From IMG/VR virus record IMGVR_UViG_3300011337_000281, positions 1 through 26,977 of that record: 26,977 bases of DNA. One strand, given 5' to 3'. Below the pieces are notes generated by a model. The model was given only the letters and a program-made list of their open reading frames with translations, was not told where the DNA came from and made no database searches. This DNA comes from a virus. Taxonomy: Duplodnaviria; Caudoviricetes. Each line of letters begins with the position of its first letter. Position 1 is the stretch's first letter. Shown here piece by piece: positions 23,718 through 26,977 of this stretch. A program made the position numbers and the translations under genes.

Positions 23718-24709
23718 TGGCTAATACGCCTGAACAAACTCAGTATGATGCCGACCTTGCTTCTCTTAGCGGTTTAGAAGGTATGGCACGTACACGTGCA
23801 AAAGAAGCATTTGACTTAAAGTATCCTAATGGGCGACCAAAAGATGCAATGACAGATGCTCAAGTTGCAGCAGGTCTTAATACAGCAACGGCAGTAAATC
23901 TTGGTATTGGCGAGGCTCTCCTTAATGATCCAATATATGGCAATGAACTTAAGAAAGTATTTGCACTTTACAAGACTAATAAAACAGCAGCTATTGACTT
24001 GCTCTTTAAGACTAAGTTTGCCAAGTTAGATACAGATGCTCGTGACCGCTATGTAACCCAACTTGAAAATAACCCTTTATATAAAGAAGGTGTTAAGAGC
24101 TGGCTTATTGGCATCAAGAAAAAGCTAAAGCAACAAGGCTCAAACGTTTCAGATAAAGACCTTGAAGACCTTTACCTAAAAGGTATTGATGATGTAACTA
24201 TCCTTGATGATGCCCTATCAAGTGGTAAGTTTGAAGCAGGTACGACTGGTGGCTCACAGGCTGAGTTATACAACTCATTACTAAGAACTGCTACAGCTAA
24301 CGGTGTTTCGACATCCCTACTGCCAAAGGTTCTTGGCTTTGATACTATAGATGAAGTAATTAAACAATTACAAACTGGTGCATCTTTAGAAGATTACACC
24401 CAGAAGATTCGCAACTATACAAAGACTGCATTGCCAGATTGGGCCAAGAAACTGGTAGATCAAGGTCAAGACCTAACTGATATTATTAACCCTTATCGTG
24501 CAACTATTGCAGATGAACTTGAACTTCCTTACAACTCTATTGATGTAACTGATTCAACTATTCAAAGCGCTTTGGCTTCCAATATGGGACTGGCTGATTT
24601 GCGTAAGCAACTTCGTCAGGACACACGTTGGCAATATACAGATAAGGCTAAAGAATCAGTTTCTAACGCAGCACTTAAAGTCCTTCGTGACTTTGGATTC
24701 CAGGGGTAA
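23717..24709 (+). CDS. Putative virion protein
   Basis: TAATG coupling; 330 aa, helical. Confidence 0.6.
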   Translation: MANTPEQTQYDADLASLSGLEGMARTRAKEAFDLKYPNGRPKDAMTDAQVAAGLNTATAVNLGIGEALLNDPIYGNELKKVFALYKTNKTAAIDLLFKTKFAKLDTDARDRYVTQLENNPLYKEGVKSWLIGIKKKLKQQGSNVSDKDLEDLYLKGIDDVTILDDALSSGKFEAGTTGGSQAELYNSLLRTATANGVSTSLLPKVLGFDTIDEVIKQLQTGASLEDYTQKIRNYTKTALPDWAKKLVDQGQDLTDIINPYRATIADELELPYNSIDVTDSTIQSALASNMGLADLRKQLRQDTRWQYTDKAKESVSNAALKVLRDFGFQG

Positions 24710-24712
24710 ATA

Positions 24713-26185
24713 ATGGGAGCATATGAAGACGCAGCCGAAGCGCGTATGGCTGCTGCAAAAGCAGCAGCAAAAGCGGCAGATGCAGCAGAAAAAGCCAGAA
24801 TTACTGCAATGGGACAAGCAAACGCAACATCAAAACCTTTAACTCGTGCTCAACAAGTAACTGCAGCACGCCTTGAATCATCTCCCGTTGCTCAAGAGGC
24901 AGCAAGAACAACAGCAGCATTAAAATCTTTTACTGCTAAGGGTGGACTCCTTGGAGTCCCAGGTTCTAATCTTCAAGGTTCTACGGGTCCAACTGGTTCT
25001 ACTGGTCCAACAGGTCTAACAGGAGTACCAGCAGGATTTACTGCTGGTCCATTTCCTAAAGAGTTAGAACAATTTTTTGGTCCAGCATCTGGATACTTGG
25101 GTTACAAAATTGAAACTCTTACAGATAAAGATGGAAAAACATACAATCAATTATCTGTAGCAACTGGACCTAATTCATCTCAAACATTTGGCGCAGCATT
25201 CACCAAAGATTCTAGTGGAAAATATGTAACAGTTTCACAGCCAAGTGGAACAACTAATACAACTAATAAAAATACAATAAATGGAACAACAGGATTAAAA
25301 ACAGCAGAACAAATTGCAGCAGATGCCGCAAAAGCCCAAGCACAAGGTGAACGTCAGTCTGCCTATGACTTGCTTTATTCTCAATTTAAGCAATATGGAT
25401 TAGAAGCACTAGTTGAACCACTCAAAGGTTTAATCACAGGCGGAGCATCACCATCAGAGTTTACAATTAAACTACGTGAGACAGATGCCTATAAAAAGCG
25501 CTTTGCTGCTAACCAAGCACGCATTCAAAAAGGTCTTACTGCTATCTCAGAAGCTGAGTATCTAGGTCTTGAAGACCAGTACCAGAACATTATGCGTAAC
25601 TATGGATTGCCTGAATCTTATTACGCACGCGGTGAAATGGGAGCACAAGAAGGTTTCAATAAGTTTATCGGTAATGATGTATCTGCAGCAGAACTAGAAG
25701 ATCGTATTATGACTGCACAGAACCGCGTTATCAATGCCAACCCAGAGGTACTTGCATCTCTTAAAGCATTTTATCCAGACATTAACAATGCAGATATCTT
25801 GGCTTATACACTTGATCCTACTAAGGGTCTTGATGCAATCAAGCGCAAGGTAACTGCTGCTGAAATCGGTGGCAGTGCAATGCAAGCAGGGCTTGGTATC
25901 TCTGGTACTCGTGCAGAAGAATTAACTGCAGCAGGTATTACAAAGGCGCAAGCACAACAAGGATTCCAGACAGTTGCAGAGGTTGCACCACGTGGTGGAC
26001 AACTAGCAGAGATTTACAAGCAATCTCCATACACACAGACAACAGCAGAATCTGAAATCTTTGGACTTGCTGGGTCAACAGAGGCTGCAAAGCAGCGTAA
26101 GAAATTAACATCACTAGAAACTGCCGCATTTAGTGGCAGTGCCGGTGCTGGTGCAATAGCACGAGACAGAGCCGGAGTACTATAA
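24713..26185 (+). CDS. Putative virion protein with short G-X-T repeat
   Basis: 490 aa, Ala/Gly/Thr-rich; GSTGPTGSTGPTGLTG. Confidence 0.6.
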   Translation: MGAYEDAAEARMAAAKAAAKAADAAEKARITAMGQANATSKPLTRAQQVTAARLESSPVAQEAARTTAALKSFTAKGGLLGVPGSNLQGSTGPTGSTGPTGLTGVPAGFTAGPFPKELEQFFGPASGYLGYKIETLTDKDGKTYNQLSVATGPNSSQTFGAAFTKDSSGKYVTVSQPSGTTNTTNKNTINGTTGLKTAEQIAADAAKAQAQGERQSAYDLLYSQFKQYGLEALVEPLKGLITGGASPSEFTIKLRETDAYKKRFAANQARIQKGLTAISEAEYLGLEDQYQNIMRNYGLPESYYARGEMGAQEGFNKFIGNDVSAAELEDRIMTAQNRVINANPEVLASLKAFYPDINNADILAYTLDPTKGLDAIKRKVTAAEIGGSAMQAGLGISGTRAEELTAAGITKAQAQQGFQTVAEVAPRGGQLAEIYKQSPYTQTTAESEIFGLAGSTEAAKQRKKLTSLETAAFSGSAGAGAIARDRAGVL

Positions 26186-26304
26186 AGCCTGCCACTAGAA
26201 CGACTGGCCTAGTGGAGCGATAACAAGACCAGAAGTAGGAGCCATACCGTTTCCCCAAACGAATATGAGGCCTGCGCCAACAACTAATAGGGAGAAGGAC
26301 CACT

Positions 26305-26772
26305 ATGTCCAATTACGACTACGAGGATGACGACGACTTTACACAAGAAGATTCGTCTAACGATCTAGTAAAGCAACTACGCAAGGCATCAAAACAAAAA
26401 GATAAAGAACTAAACGAGCTTCGTGCTCAGTTTGAATCTTTGAGTAAGGGCCAACGCGAAAGAGCAATAAAGGATGCCCTCGCAGCTCGCGGGGTAAACA
26501 GCAAAATTGCTTCATTTATCCCACAGGATATAGACCCAACTGAAGAGTCTGTATCTAAATGGCTTGAAGACTATGCCGATGTATTCGGCATTGAAGTAAG
26601 CCAAACCCAGACACCTAATGTAAATCCAGCCGATGCTGCAGCATATAAGCGTATGACAAACTCCGCAGACTCTGGTGTTTCACCAGAGCACAATGGAGAC
26701 ATTATGCAAAAACTAATGAATGCAAACAGCAAAGAAGAACTGGATGATGTTATTAGATTGTCTGGACTCTAA
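26305..26772 (+). CDS. Capsid scaffolding protein
   Basis: Acidic N-terminus and coiled coil (LVKQLRKA...ELNELRAQ), directly upstream of the capsid gene. Confidence 0.75.
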   Translation: MSNYDYEDDDDFTQEDSSNDLVKQLRKASKQKDKELNELRAQFESLSKGQRERAIKDALAARGVNSKIASFIPQDIDPTEESVSKWLEDYADVFGIEVSQTQTPNVNPADAAAYKRMTNSADSGVSPEHNGDIMQKLMNANSKEELDDVIRLSGL

Positions 26773-26802
26773 TCCGATCCTAAAACAGAAAGGCTAGACC
26801 AA

Positions 26803-26977
26803 ATGGCTATCCCAACAGGTACCCCCACTACCACGTCTAGCATCAGCTCACTCGTACAAGCAGCATACGACCAGTATGTAAGAATGGCACTACGTTCCAT
26901 TCCTGTTATGCGTTCATTAGCTGATGTTAAGCCCGTGCAACAGGCTATGCCAGGATCATCAGTTGTTTTCTCAATCT
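26803..26977 (+). CDS. Major capsid protein, N-terminus (partial)
   Basis: RBS AGAAAGG; MAIPTG...LVQAAYDQYVRMALRSIPVMRSLADVKPVQQAMPGSSVVFSI resembles the HK97-fold N-arm/E-loop; follows the scaffold. Confidence 0.8.
   Translation, partial: MAIPTGTPTTTSSISSLVQAAYDQYVRMALRSIPVMRSLADVKPVQQAMPGSSVVFSI

Noticed and set aside
24976-25024. Collagen-like repeat as evidence of a tail fibre
   Set aside because: Only about five G-X-T triplets; too short for a collagen domain and more likely a linker.
13637-26312. Short minus-strand and off-frame ORFs within the structural genes
   Set aside because: No RBS or motif support; they are shadows of long genes.
26787-26805. Capsid RBS AGAAAGGCTAGA as a third target of the antisense loop
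   Set aside because: Only 6 contiguous matches (GAAAGG), which is expected from the SD consensus alone.

Overview
About 27 kb of a tailed dsDNA phage that almost certainly infects Actinobacteria (WhiB gene, actinobacterial GAAAGG-type RBSs; the moderate GC and gene set suggest a freshwater actinophage, which is an inference). Order: end of the lysis module (holin, terminator); a short leftward unit (Zn-finger, HNH); a rightward replication/recombination operon (proteasome-beta-like protease, Cas4-like nuclease, WhiB, DnaB/RecA-like helicase, Holliday resolvase, split primase, sigma-like factor, FmdB Zn ribbon); a leftward operon of about 20 small, translationally coupled, probably early genes (12356->7841); about 850 bp of non-coding control region with DnaA boxes; then terminase, portal, large internal/ejection-type proteins, scaffold and the start of the major capsid protein. 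The most striking signal is an RNA-level control system in the leftward operon. A perfect type II hammerhead ribozyme and a tRNA-like element each sit just upstream of an identical 14-nt RBS. The operon's 3' UTR folds into two hairpins whose loops are complementary to that RBS. Also notable: a mirror-symmetric divergent GACAC-N12-TANNNT (WhiA/WhiB-type) leaderless promoter pair, and a dense cluster of host transcription-factor-like sites. Products are assigned by motif recognition only; no searches were run.
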